From: Stramenopiles sp. TOSAG23-6
Lineage: Eukaryota
Assembly (NCBI GenBank): GCA_900128565.1
Contig: LT635941.1
Location: 1-36,546 of the forward strand
Reading direction: 5' to 3'
Length of the DNA: 36,546 nucleotides
Position numbers and translations under genes: made by a program. This document shows, one piece after another, positions 24,201-36,544 of the stretch (position 1 is its first letter; every line of letters starts with the position of its first letter). The notes under the pieces were generated by a model that saw only the letters and a list, made by a program, of their open reading frames with translations, did no database searches and was not told the origin of the DNA.

Positions 24201-27200
24201 TATTTCCTGGGCAGAAATATCCAAATTTCTTCTCTCTTAAATGCTTCAATTGGGCAGCTCGTGGAGCTTTACCTCGTGCCTCAACTGTTTCATCCCATAG
24301 ACAATCGTATGCGGTGGCGGGACTTGGACAGTACTTTCCGGGAGGGCATTGGAGTATTTCATTGGATCCTTCTGGACAATAATCTCCGTTTCCCCTATCA
24401 ATTTTCTTTTCGTCTCCACATGGAATTTCCTCTCCTGAGTTTGGGCAATAATATCCTTCTGTGCATGGTCCAGGACTGCCTACGCCCCCACCACAATATA
24501 GAGCATTTGTTTCAGTGAGAGATCGACCCTCTATCCAATGATCTTCAGGGCATAATATATCATCATCTGCATAACCACGCCATATACCAACTTTTCCATC
24601 TGTTTCAGCAATGCAGCTAGTCCGTGTATCACGCGATAGCAAAGAAACAAATGAGTTTTCAAGTATACATACATCTAATTTTGTCCAGACTCCAAACTCT
24701 TTAGTTGTAGCATTTACGCTTATGCAATCTGTTTCACCAACACGATCAGACAAGAGTATACTATTTGCATTAACCCAATAACACGCATTTGCTGTATCAT
24801 CTATACATGTACTGCTTTCTGTATATTGTCTGCATTCATTTCCACCAAAGCAACCTTCGGCGCTAATACAAAAAGGACCATACCAAGTACCAACATTTCC
24901 TGTATCATTTGGTGTCTCACATGTTTTAAAACTTTCTCTTTCCAGTAATGTAGTTCCAGCTGCAGTCCACGTACATTGTTCAGTGAGATTGCATGTATTT
25001 TCTTGGGTTTTGTCGGAGCATTCACCAGTACCATAACAACCTTCAACGGCAACGCATACAGCAACAGCTGCAATATTTTTTTCACCGATGAAACAGTAGT
25101 GGTCAAATGGTGGGTCGCAAGGATATTTATACTTACCCAATTCACAATAAAATGCGACCGGGCAAATACTAGGAAGATTACTAGCAGCGGGGCAAAGATA
25201 ACTTGTTTCATCAGAGCCGGTGACACACGATTGAAGACCAAGTCTCTCCGGACAATAATACCCTTCCAAACAAAGTTCTGTAGTATTTGCGTTAGGACAA
25301 TAATATCTTTCTGGACAATAATCCGGTTTCACCGATCCTTCTGGGCAAAAATATTTATATTCTTCTTTCTCTAACTTTGGATCAGAAACAGTTGAATCCC
25401 ATACACAAGATTTTGGTTCAACTGTTGTGTCACAATACGATCCAGCAGGGCATATAACAGGTCTTCTCGATCCTTCAGGGCAGTAAGTACAAGTTTTAGT
25501 CGTATGACAATCATCAACTACTAAACATTGTTTTTCTTTCGCTGAGCTTGCGCAATATTTCCCCGCAGAACAAACAAGAGGTTCAGCAGTACCGCTAGGA
25601 CAAAAAAAAGCATCTTCATCCTCAACCCAACGACCAAGTTGAGTAAAAGTGTAAGCGTCCTCGGTCCAATCACACCCACTAGTGTCACCACACTTCTGGC
25701 GATTTGTTATTTCATAACATGTAGAGTTGCCTTTGCAACCCTTTTCACATTCATATACATTTGGCCTTGTTGATGTTACATCTGCCCCAGTAGATCGCAG
25801 TAGACATCTACCTAGTTGTCGAGGTCTAGTTGCATCAAATGCAGCAGACCATTTACCATGCCAGTGACATTTCTCTTGAGTATCTGCACGACCAACCAAC
25901 ATAAATTCACCATTGCATTGTTCTGGGTTTGGTTCGGCTTTGATTTTGTATTCCCCATCTACAAACTCTAGACAAAGATCATTGCCATCCCATGATACAT
26001 CTTTCCAGTGAAACGTTTTCCCACCTTCGTTTAAAGTTGCACATTGCTCTGAATCTTGACCATACGAAAATTCTGAGTATGCATGAATCCAATTACAACT
26101 TTGATTAGCATCACACGTTGTTTCTTTATCTAAATTACGACAATCCCCTGGCCCATAACAACCTTCTACCACTATGCATATCCCTCGCAATGTTGTAGTG
26201 TCATCGTATACTTCTCGCCAATTTCCGTTTTGACCAGAGGAATTATCCTCACAATCATTTTTAGTTGTACGCAAACGAAGTAACTTCGAGTTTTTAGAAT
26301 ACCAAATGCATCCTTGTTCTTCATTGCAAGCTCCAGTGGTCGTGTTTTCGTTGCACCCACTAGCTCCAAAACATCCTTCTTCGGCCACACACACAGGACC
26401 ATACCACGTACCATTTAAATCGTGACACGCCTTCGAATTACTGGCTGATATTGCTTCTTCGTTGCGAATACATGCACTGCCTTGCCATTTGCTTACCCAA
26501 TCACCAACTTTTCCATCTGAATCGGGGATTGAACACTCTTTTTCCGATTTACGAGAAATCATGATTGAAGTATTTGCAACAATCCATGAACACGCGTCAT
26601 CATCATTACAATCACCTTGATTATTTTGGACACAGTTACTTTCGCCATAGCAACCTTCCTTAATTACACATATGTTTCCATGCCATGTGCCGAATTCACC
26701 TGTATCACCATCTTTAGTCAGACAATCTTGCATGTTTGATACTGTTTCAAGTAATTTATCTCCATTTATTTTCCATTCACAATTGGACCAAGTACAAGAC
26801 GCGACATTTTCACATATAGCATTGTTCATTCCACCACAACATATATCTGAATTTTTCCATACAAAAAGGTCAGAATCCCTAGTATTATTATCCCCTGCAA
26901 TCTCAACATTTGCATTTCTTGAACCAACGTACCATAAATTACACGAACTGAGTGAAATATCTGTATTTTCCAACATTTCGCTGTTTATCCCATCCACAAC
27001 GAGTACATATGTATCTTGATGGTTGGCGTCGTTATCAAATTTGGATACAAACAAATTCATATTTGAGGCAGTTTCTGACAAGGTTGAGATATCCGCGTCG
27101 GGGATGTTTTGTTTTTGTCCTTTCAAATTACCTTCAGTTGTTCCCGCAAGGTAAATACTATTGCTATCAATACTAACATTGAGACCTTTGACATTCTTCG

Positions 27201-30200
27201 AATCTGAACTTATGTTATACTGTTGTAGCCTCACTTCCCCATTTGAACTAAACTTAGTAATTGTTGCCACAGAAATATCTGATACAGTTTTAGTTCCCCC
27301 GACCCATATGTGATCAGAAGAATCAAACGCGATACTTTCTCCAGAAGATTTTGTATCGTCGGAATTTTCCCGATGAAAGAAAACAGATTCCCGATTTCCA
27401 GTTTTAGGATTAATTTGCATTAGCATGATTTCTAAATCGTTAGTTGTTGTTTTTTGAAAACTTGTATCTGCGGTGGTAGGGTCAATAAATCCAGTACCCC
27501 AAAGATTGCCAGACGAGTCTAGGCCAATATCGCGCAGAGAAGCTGAATGAGGCTCCCAATTACCTAATTCTGACGGTGCGAATAATTGAATTCCAGCCGG
27601 ATTATATTTTACAATCCAGTACTCAGTTCCAAAAAGGACTAGTGCATATATATTTCCAGTATCCTCTACTGTCATTGCTACTGGGACTAACTCTCTTAAA
27701 GAATCTTTTTGTGAAGTTATAGATATTTGAAATGAAGAATCTACCTCATCATCTGTGTCGTATATATGTATAAATGTACCAGCATATGTGTTGGACTGAA
27801 ATTTTTGATAAATTAATACGACATCATTGGTATTTGGAGTATTTTTAATAACACTTGCTTCATACCTATAGCCATCTTCACCGATCAATTTGTTTTTTTG
27901 TACGTCATCACTAGAACTGTATTGAATTATAACAATGTCTTGTACACCTGTTATAGCTTTACCATTAATATTTCCCGTTGTGTGCCCCAGTACCCAAGTG
28001 TAAAGTTCATTGGAAGTTATACCAATTCCCTCTGTAATCGCAGTCGTCGCACTATTTTCGTACTGGATAAACTTAACATCATTACTTTTCGGTTTTTCAG
28101 CTGGTAAACACTCGGAAAAGCAACTCCCCTTACTATTGTATTTATCACATTTGCCTTCTCCAAAACAACCTTCCGAGATGACACAAGAGTCTCTTCCAGA
28201 TATATTTTCTTCGTTTATTGTGCAACTGTGATGATACGGTGGATCACAAGGATATTTTTTTTTCCCGCCTCGTATACAATAAAAACTCTTGGGACATTTG
28301 GTAGGAACTTTTGTGCCACTTGGACAATACCAACTAGGATTACCAGGTTCATTGTGTGTAGTATATGTATGATCACAGGGTTTAGGTATTTTGCCAAATT
28401 CACAATAATATCCTTCCNCACAATCTTTTTCGGTTTCTCCATTAGTACATTCTTTTCCGGCCGGGCATTCAACGCGATTAGTTGAACCTGGATAACATAT
28501 GAATGAAGTTCCTTCAGGTGCTCCAAGCATGCATTTTGTTTTTGTTTTAGGAGTTTCACAATAGTAACCTTTGGGACAAATGAGTTTTTCTTTTGTGCCT
28601 TCTGGGCAGTATGATGCCTTTCCATTATATAGTCCACACGGTGTTTGCTCAGAAGCTGATGTCTCACATTCAAACCCGGCTTTACATTTAAGAGGATTTG
28701 GGATTCCACCTTCAACTGTTATAGGGCAATGCCAAGCAAATGTCTCCCCTTCTTCATCGCATGATGTTTTAGTTTCCCCTTCTTCGCAATAATATCCCTT
28801 TCCACAAGGATCTGGGAATTTTGAACCAGCTGGGCAAAAATATGAATGTTCTTTAGATTTAAGATATTCTCTTTGAAATTCCATATTACTGTGACCTGAA
28901 TCCCAGACACAGGATTCCGCAGTAGTAGATAACATACAATAATTACCAGACGGACACGGCAAGGGATTTCTCGTACCTCTTGGACAGTAGATACCATTGT
29001 CATCACATCTTTGTTTATTCATACTATTCGCGCAATAATGACCAACCATACAAATAAGAGGTTCCGATATTCGCTCTGGACAGTATAACGCAAGTTCTTC
29101 TTCAATCCACATTGCAAGGTTTTCGTACCATTCGCAATTTGCCTCACTCATGCAAGTAGTCTTTGAAATTATAGGATTACATAAAGCATTGTTTTTACCA
29201 ACACATTGATAATCACAATAAAGATAATTCCGTCTTGTGTGTGTAACGTCTTCTCCACTAAATATTTCAACACATCTACCCCTAGGCCTTTCATCGTGCA
29301 ATGTTTGTGTCCATGCGGGGCTCTTCTCTAGGATATACGTGTTGTCGCGTTTGGTATACTTTTCGTAGTTATCTGGCCATAAACAAGAAGTTTCAGTATT
29401 CGCAAATCCAAGATGTTGCTCGGAATTGCCTGTATTACAATCTGATGTAGGTATAATCCTTATATCGTCCTCATGATTCTTATTGAATATGTTATGTACT
29501 TCAAGATATGACACACAAATTTTATTTCCATCCCAAGATATTTGTTTCCATGTACCTTGTTTTTGATCCGTACCTTTTGTATCAGCACAGTCAGCTTTTG
29601 TCCGATCGGATAGGATTTCCGAAGAATCCTGAATCCATGTACAACCGTTTGGATTTGATCCACATGGACCCTCCATAATTTCACTTGTACATGAACCATT
29701 TCCGTAACATCCACCAATAATGAGACACATCTCACCATGTTGCCATGTACCTACTTTACCCGTCGTTTCGTCTGGCACAGAACAACTCAATTCATCGCGT
29801 GAATGTAACAGCATCGAGTTTTCATCAGTCCAAGTACAGCCTACTTTACCTTCACAAGATGCTTCGCTATCTTCTGTCGTGCATCTACTTGTACATTCTG
29901 GTGTAGCTTCGCATGTTTCTGTACCTGCATTCCACTCACAAAGATCATTATCTTTACAACTTGTTTCATCGCTATTTGCACAATTTTGCGGGCACATTCT
30001 TTTACCAAAACATCCTTGAAGACTGACACAAACAGGCCCGTGCCATTTCCCATTCTGCGCAACACATGACTCGATATTTCCAGCCGTTACATGCTCAAGA
30101 TTTCCACTTCCATTTATCAAGCAAGCATCACCTTTCCAAGTTCCACCCCATATACCAACTTTGCCAGTATCTTGATCAACTGTTGTGCATGATGTTTCAT

Positions 30201-33200
30201 TTGCACGAGAATGTAATACAAACGTGTTACCCGTGGACCATTCACAATTATCAGTGCATTGACTCTTTAATTTACCTTGGCACACAGCATCACTATTTTT
30301 TTTATAGCACCCTTCCGCGAGGACGCAAATAGGGCCGTGCCAGGTTCCGTGTTCATGAGTTATTTCAGAAGCTGTCTGACATGATTTGAAGTCAACACGA
30401 TCCGATAAAAGTTTTTCACCTGCATTGACCCACAAACAGTTTTCAGTATCACTACAGCTTGATTGATCAGTATTACTCGAACAGTTAATTACCGGTATGC
30501 ATACTTCTGTATCTGAATTCCATGTACAAAGATCAGTTTCATCACAGCTTGATTGATCTTCTTTATTTATACATGTTTGTGAATAGCACCCATCTACAAT
30601 AACACATGACGCAGCTGCGGCGATGTTTTTATTGTCTACCATACATGTATGATGGTATGGGGGATCACAAGGATACTTGTCTTTGCCAGCCTCGCAGTAA
30701 AATCCATCAGGACACCAACTGTCTTTATCGCTAGTATTCGCCGGGCAATAATCTCCTATGCCATCACAAGGTGCATATTGAATTTGACCTGTGCTTGCAC
30801 AAAAATTCCCTTCCGGGCAAATGTGGCATTCTGGGAGTTGATAATCAACTTCGTTATACCTGCCTGGAGAACACAACATACACCCGTCGTTACTAAAGTA
30901 TTCTCCTGGCCCACAAAATTCAAAAACCTTGGTGGGACTCCATGCACTCCAATCAAGTGAAGTGTCCCCATTAGCTGCTCTCACTTTGACGTTATATCTG
31001 TTTGGTTCACGAAGTCGATATAGCCTCACAAATTTATCACCTTCTTTACAATCAAATACTGAAACCAATTGTGTCGATAATGATAAGTCATCACCTTCAC
31101 CTTCTACTTTATACGCTTCTCTTACTTCGTCTACTGTAGCGCTAACATCAAAGCCAAACTTTGATATTTGACGACCACCATTAAATGCAGGACATTCAAA
31201 CATTATAACAAGAAATTCTTTCGGAGTATCCGCAGGTAATGCAACATTCCAACAAGGATAGCTCGAGCCCTCATCACAATCAAACATTCTAAAATAAATA
31301 CCATTTTTTTGTAAAATACTTACAAACACATCTTCTTTATCTCCTTCATCTGTGCGTTTTCGAAAATAGTTCACAGGATCTGGAGGCTTTATGTCTTTTA
31401 TGAGTAAGCTTTGTGTAGGACTAGATTTACCCATAGAATTAATGGCAACCACTTGGACCAAGATATTATGTTTGAATAACATATCAGTTAACACGATAAG
31501 TTTATATTCTGCTGGGCGTGGACACTCTTTATTATATTCTCCTTCTTTCAGGTCAGCACAATGTTTCTCAAATACTTGCCAATCACAATGACTACCATAC
31601 TCTTCGCACTTTTCTTTTGAATCGTTTTTTTCGTCTTTTACGTCGTTATGCGCACAACCATGACCTTGGCATTCAGAATAATCATAAACTATCTTATATT
31701 TCATAAGAGGTGTTCCGGAATCTGTACCACCGACATCTGGAGCCTTTATTACAATAGTCCCAAAGGAGGAAAGAATTTGTGTTGGGATGGCGTTTTCTCC
31801 ATCTATCCAAAATGGCGCGCTTATTTTTTGACAAAACCCGGTTAGTGATACTTGGAAAGTCATGTATAATTCATCCCCAGAGTTCAGTTGAAGGTCTGCG
31901 GGTACGTCGAGCAATAATGTAATTTCATTATAGTTTATTTTCACTATTTGGCCAACGAGATACTTATCTGCCGTGTATATTTTCATTGCAATATTATAAG
32001 CATTGGTAGCATCCTCTCCTGAAACTGTAAGTACTTTCTTATTGTGTGAATCGTATTTTACACCCGTTTGATATATACTCAAACTGTATAATTCGTCAAA
32101 TTCTTCAAGATCTACCTTGATACCATCGTGAAATGTTATGTCCGCTTCCCATGAACACTCTGCACGTATACATGCATACGCTGTAATATGTTGTGCACAG
32201 TCACTACTATTTTTACAAGATAAGTTCTCCACTTCTGATAATCTCCCAATTTCATTTCCCTTTGAATCATACACCATTTCATTTACCTGTAACTTCATAG
32301 AGGAACCAGAAACTGTAAAATTTGTTTTACCTTTAGAAGTGTCATCAATAACATATAACGTTGTATCCCCTCCACAAACATCACATTCAATTTGTTTTTT
32401 AGCAACTTTTCCAGGTACAGTACATTTATCGGGTATAACCGAAGCCGCCAGAGAAGAAGAACCAATTACAAATGGAACTGGTAAATATGAATGATCGCCT
32501 CTCCATGAGCAATTGTTCTTACTATCTTCACACGACTCCTGTTCCATATGCCGATTACATTCTCTTATTTGCGGAGGTTCTTTTCCTTTTTTGATATACA
32601 TAGAGTATATTTGGTGCAGAGTGTGATCTTTAGGGTTATCACATTTATCCTCGTAGAGATAACAACAAAAAGGAGAATGATTTTTATATGCAATCGCATT
32701 ACAATTGGGAAGTTTAAGGCAATCATTTTTACATGATTCAAGATTAGATGGTTCGTGGTCATCGAGACACTTTCCCCAACCATAACCACTTAAAAATGCA
32801 TATCCTCCCTTATTTTCGCCAAGTTCAGACAGATCATCACCATCATCAAAGTCAGATTCAGGTCCAATGCACAGTTCTTTATTTCCATCTTTTACAATAG
32901 TCCCAGGTCTAAAATCATCCATATAAGAAGGCCCTATACACCCATTTGTGTTACTATAACATATATTATAACTTGTTGAATCGACCATTGCATCTTCCCA
33001 AGAACAAGAATGATTTTTACAGTCATCCTTTATTTCATGTTTTGAACAGTCAATAGGATCCCCAGAACAAACTTCCTGGGACCATGAACAAGAATGTTTT
33101 TGACATGTTGTTTCTGNTACATGTTTTGCACAGGCTATATAACGTCCTTTACAAGATGCAGAGAATGTGACATCTACTGTACCGTAAGACATTACGGACG

Positions 33201-36200
33201 AATTTTCTTCAACCTTGGTCTTTGTTACGTTTATTGGTTTTGGACCAGCAGCTGCATTTGAGAAACTTTCGCATTCATCCTCAGTGACTACAATTCGAGG
33301 CGTCTGGAGCCAAGTACGATCTTCATCACGTTTAAAACTTTCTATCTCAAAACCAAGTGTTGTTGTACTATCATTTCGAAGTAATCCTGTGAAAGATAAA
33401 AGTTTTGGTGTTTGAATACATGCTATTGCGCCTTCTCCCCAAATGTATTGTCCGTTGGTACACATCTTACATGATGAGTTTACATTATCCCCTGGCGTGG
33501 TGCTCGTTCCGGGAGCGATAATGCCTTTGATTTCGGAATATCTACCATTAGGGCATAATAAACAATCGGAAGAACTAGCATGATTCTCGGCAGTGTCTTC
33601 GTCAGAAATATATTTACCCTTATCACATAGTTTGCAATCAGTGGAACCTACAATTTCTTGATATTTACCAGGATCACAAACTTCACAATTTAAGATTCTC
33701 CTATTCTCAGCTACTGGGTGTACCGATGGATTATATTTACCAGCATCACACCCTATACACATACCCTCCCACTGACAAACTTCTGTCTCCTCCCCATCCA
33801 CTGTCTCTGTGTGACATGTGTATACTCTATCTGGAGCACTATGAGCTTTATGACTGTACCTGCCTGAAGGACATACTATACAATCATCAATGCCATTTGA
33901 TTTATTACTTATTTCAACATCCGTGGGGGAACCATCTTCACAATCTTTATCCTTTTTTTCATTATTATCCAACTCGCAACGAGAACCAATAGGCGTTTCA
34001 GGTAAATATGTACCTGCAGGACACCCAATGCAATCATCTGAAGATTTTTGTCCATCAATATCTTTCCAATAACCAGGGGGGCAAATTTTACAATCACTGT
34101 AATGATCATGAAATGTTTCGAGACTTCCATCTGCCGAACCACCTGGGTCATCATTGTATCTACCAGTAGCGCAAGTCTGACAACTACTTTCACTAACCTT
34201 GGGTTGATCATTTGTTGAATCCCAATACTTACCGGGCCCACAAACAATACAATTCGATCTATCGGTATGCTTTTCAGCATTCGTTTTATCGGGGTTAAAC
34301 GATCCATCTGGACATTCTAAACATTTATCTACAGATATACCCGCTGACGACCCTGGATTATATGTTCCTGCTGGACATACTGTACATGAATTTATAGATG
34401 TCTGACCTTCTTGATCTTGAAAAGTTCCCCTTGGACAATATTCACAGGCACTTTCTGAATCATGGTACAAGTGATAGCTACCTTCGGGCTTGCCCGTAAA
34501 GAAGGCGTTATGTCGTACTAGAGGGATCCCGTCGTTTGTCATCATAACACGGATATTGTCCTCCGTATCGTTCTGCATTTTTAAGTATTTCTGGTACTGC
34601 GACGTGTCGCCAGTTTGTTCACCGTCCTTAAAGAAGGCGTCTTGCTGTGATGTGGGAATTCCGTCGTCGGTCATCTCGTCGCGGATATCGTTCTCTGACG
34701 TATTCTGTATATCGACGTACTTCTGGTACTGTGGCAGTGAATTCATCGGTGGCCCAGCGTCGTCTGTAGCAATTCGCCCACCCATTTTATCATTATATCT
34801 TGCCCGAGGACAATTTATACATAAACTCCCACCTCTTATATTTTGATATTTTCCAGGATCACATACAACGCAATCCGAGACCTCATCATGTGCGTCAGCA
34901 GTATTTATATTGGCTAGACTCTTCCCTGCGTCGCATTTTATACAAGATGTATGCACAAATTGGCCAACCAATATATTGTACTTCCCAGCAGGACATATTA
35001 TACAATCATCGATATTATCGTGCTTGGATGCGGAGTCACCTGATGGTCTGTATGTACCTGCCGGACACTGAATACACTCTGTAGATTCTAAAGTATCAGT
35101 ATATTTACCAGCTTCACAAAGCTTACATTGTATATCTAATGGGTCATTAGAAAATGTACCAATTGGACAGGGAGTACAGGATGTCGCACCTAGACGTTCA
35201 TCTACCACGGATCCTTCAGAACACTGATTGCAAGCCACAGGGGGTGTTTTTGAATTTTGGGCTTCGGTAGTATATTTTGATAACGAACATAATGTACAAT
35301 TTTCGGATCCAGCATACTCCGAATATTTACCTTGATCGCAGGTAATGCATTCTTTTCCAAAAGGAGAAAATTTCCCAGCCACACATTCGTCGCATTTAGT
35401 GAAATTTTCAGTCGTATACGAACCAGCAGGGCAAATTTTGCATTCTGTTTGTGACGTATCTTCAGTATACTTCCCTTCCGCACAAGGAATACATTCTCTT
35501 GAGTTATTCCCCCCCTCGTTGTACTTGCCAGCTTCGCAAGGTAGACATAGTCCTCTTGTATACTTGTAGTTTTCTCCCTCTGAATTGGTGAGAGGCCAAA
35601 ATTTTTCACCTTCTTTACATTTTCCACATATTGCATCTGTACTAGTAGTACCCGGTATAATCACACAATCCTCCCCAATGTGTTCACTATGCGCAATACA
35701 AGATTCCGAGCCAAGATATTTAGTAAACTTTCCATCCGGGCAGTCTGAACAAGTACCATCAACATAACCCCTGCTAGAATCTCTAAAACTAATAACAACT
35801 TTTCCGTGGCCATCATGATTGCTTGGATGTACGGTGTGTTTTATGTATTCGATTTTTCCAAGATCACCATCTTCACCATTATCTTCGAGATTTGTGGCAA
35901 TGAAACTTGCCCCCCCCTTTACCTCCTCTATTATCAGTGATGTGCACACTTCCTGAACTATTTTCACCGGAGTATCCAAAGTCTCCACCAATCCAACCAC
36001 CTCCACCACCACCAGCATTTCTACCGCCATTACCACCACCACCAAATCCACCCAATGAAAAGGTGACATTTCCACCGATAGCACCATCTTTGAATGATTT
36101 ACCACCTCCAGCTGGAAAATTTGATTGTTCAGATATATCCACATTGTACACCAAATTATTTGAAAGCGATTCACAAGTCCCACCAACACACTCAGAATAC

Positions 36201-36544
36201 TTTGATTCCCATTTACATGAAGAAATTTCGACGCAAGTTTCAATTGTTTTTCCCGAAGCACATTTTGGAGAGTTATCATCGCTAGTGCATGCAATGTTTT
36301 CATCAAATGAAATTTCAACGCCCAATACACAGTTTTGAAGAAGGCATGCTCCATCATTTGAACATTTGGCGGCATTATCTGCATATTGAGGATCTTCCAC
36401 AGATACAGTAGTATAGCATCTAATCTCGCTACCAATACTTTCAACAATACCTAAAAATAAACCTGTTGATGTATAAAGTTTGTTGCCTGTTTCCCACTCT
36501 GCTGGGGGTCCTGAATTGTAAGGCCTTTTTATAATTATACTCGA
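18199..36544 (-). CDS. Gene A: giant Cys-rich multi-domain surface receptor-like membrane protein, 5'-partial (~6,100 aa in window), one +1 frameshift at 35910-35917
   Basis: The 6082-aa ORF 18199-36447 is protein-like from ~35910 down to the TAA at 18199-18201. Upstream of the C8 run the real frame is that of ORF 35879-36400, which stays open to the window end (SSIIIKRPYNSGPPAEWETGNKLYTSTGLFLGIVESI...) and aligns with gene B residues ~1480-1690. No introns are needed. Confidence 0.9.
18202..18400 (-). other. Cytoplasmic coiled-coil and Ser/acidic tail (gene A)
   Basis: LQQKLHEHEENLKRLKRHEEERKLIEEKRK followed by SDSSDSGSSSSGSSSSSDG. Confidence 0.6.
18480..19940 (-). other. C-terminal multi-pass membrane domain (~7-8 hydrophobic helices) of the type found at the end of giant protist Cys-rich proteins (often annotated TRP-C-terminal-like)
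   Basis: Hydrophobic segments with family motifs IKIxxSFxQV, LYPxLSxKCFRVFNC, YLxADLxVxC, YVIGIP, YGSLFxxYR...WWYEFIEMxRK, KPY. Preceded by CRKGHEGIMCAICKKGY. Confidence 0.8.
20970..25610 (-). repeat. CPxGxYC / YCPxGS Cys-rich repeat region (gene A; also at 28250-29090 and 30680-30910, and in gene B at ~150-640, ~2860-3700 and ~6790-7030)
   Basis: Many alternating CP.G.YC and [FY]CP.G[ST] units. Confidence 0.8.
26850..28080 (-). other. SBBP-like beta-propeller (gene A)
   Basis: Cys-poor island with blades such as WVLGHTTGNINGKAITGVQDIVIIQY, IGLDSSGNLWGTG, IAFDSSDHIWVGG, IYLAGTTEGNLKG...LFVSKFD. Confidence 0.65.
30915..31790 (-). other. Two fibronectin type III-like domains (gene A)
   Basis: SGTPLMKYKIVY...VQVVAINSMGKSSP and PAFNGGRQISKFGF...YNVKVRAANG...WSAWS. 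Confidence 0.65.
32620..32810 (-). other. PAN/Apple-like module (gene A)
   Basis: GWGKCLD...NLESCKNDCLKLPNCNAIAY...CCYLY fits the CxxxCxxxxxCxAxxY...CxL pattern. Confidence 0.55.
33415..35760 (-). repeat. GCC2/GCC3 (ephrin-receptor-like/TNFR-like) CxxCxxGxY repeats, gene A
   Basis: Same unit pattern, collinear with gene B 9765-12025. Confidence 0.85.
34498..34732 (-). repeat. Two in-frame 132-bp (44-aa) GC-richer tandem units inside gene A
   Basis: QYQKYVDIQNTSENDIRDEMTDDGIPTSQQDAFF / QYQKYLKMQNDTEDNIRVMMTNDGIPLVRHNAFF; GAAGGCGT recurs at 34501 and 34633. Confidence 0.85.
35790..36130 (-). other. C-terminal part of the ALK/LTK-like Gly-rich domain in gene A (spans the frameshift)
   Basis: GGFGGGGNGGRNAGGGGGGWIGGDFGYSGENS...GGKGG/ASFIATN...HDGHGKVVI; very similar to 12060-12390 at both DNA and protein level. 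Confidence 0.85.

Noticed and set aside
32490-32505. RGD motif (SWRGDH) in gene A
   Set aside because: Expected by chance in ~6,000 aa and not conserved in gene B (HWSDPV).
925-36338. The many 60-170-aa ORFs on both strands, including the Pro-rich ones at 12108-12389 and 35907-36338
   Set aside because: They are antisense or off-frame shadows of the giant CDSs; poly-Pro is the reverse complement of poly-Gly codons.
35918-36447. N-terminal ~180 aa of the 6082-aa ORF (MLKVLVARLD...)
   Set aside because: Wrong frame upstream of the C8 frameshift. The alternative frame matches gene B; the equivalent off-frame ORF exists at 11932-12351.
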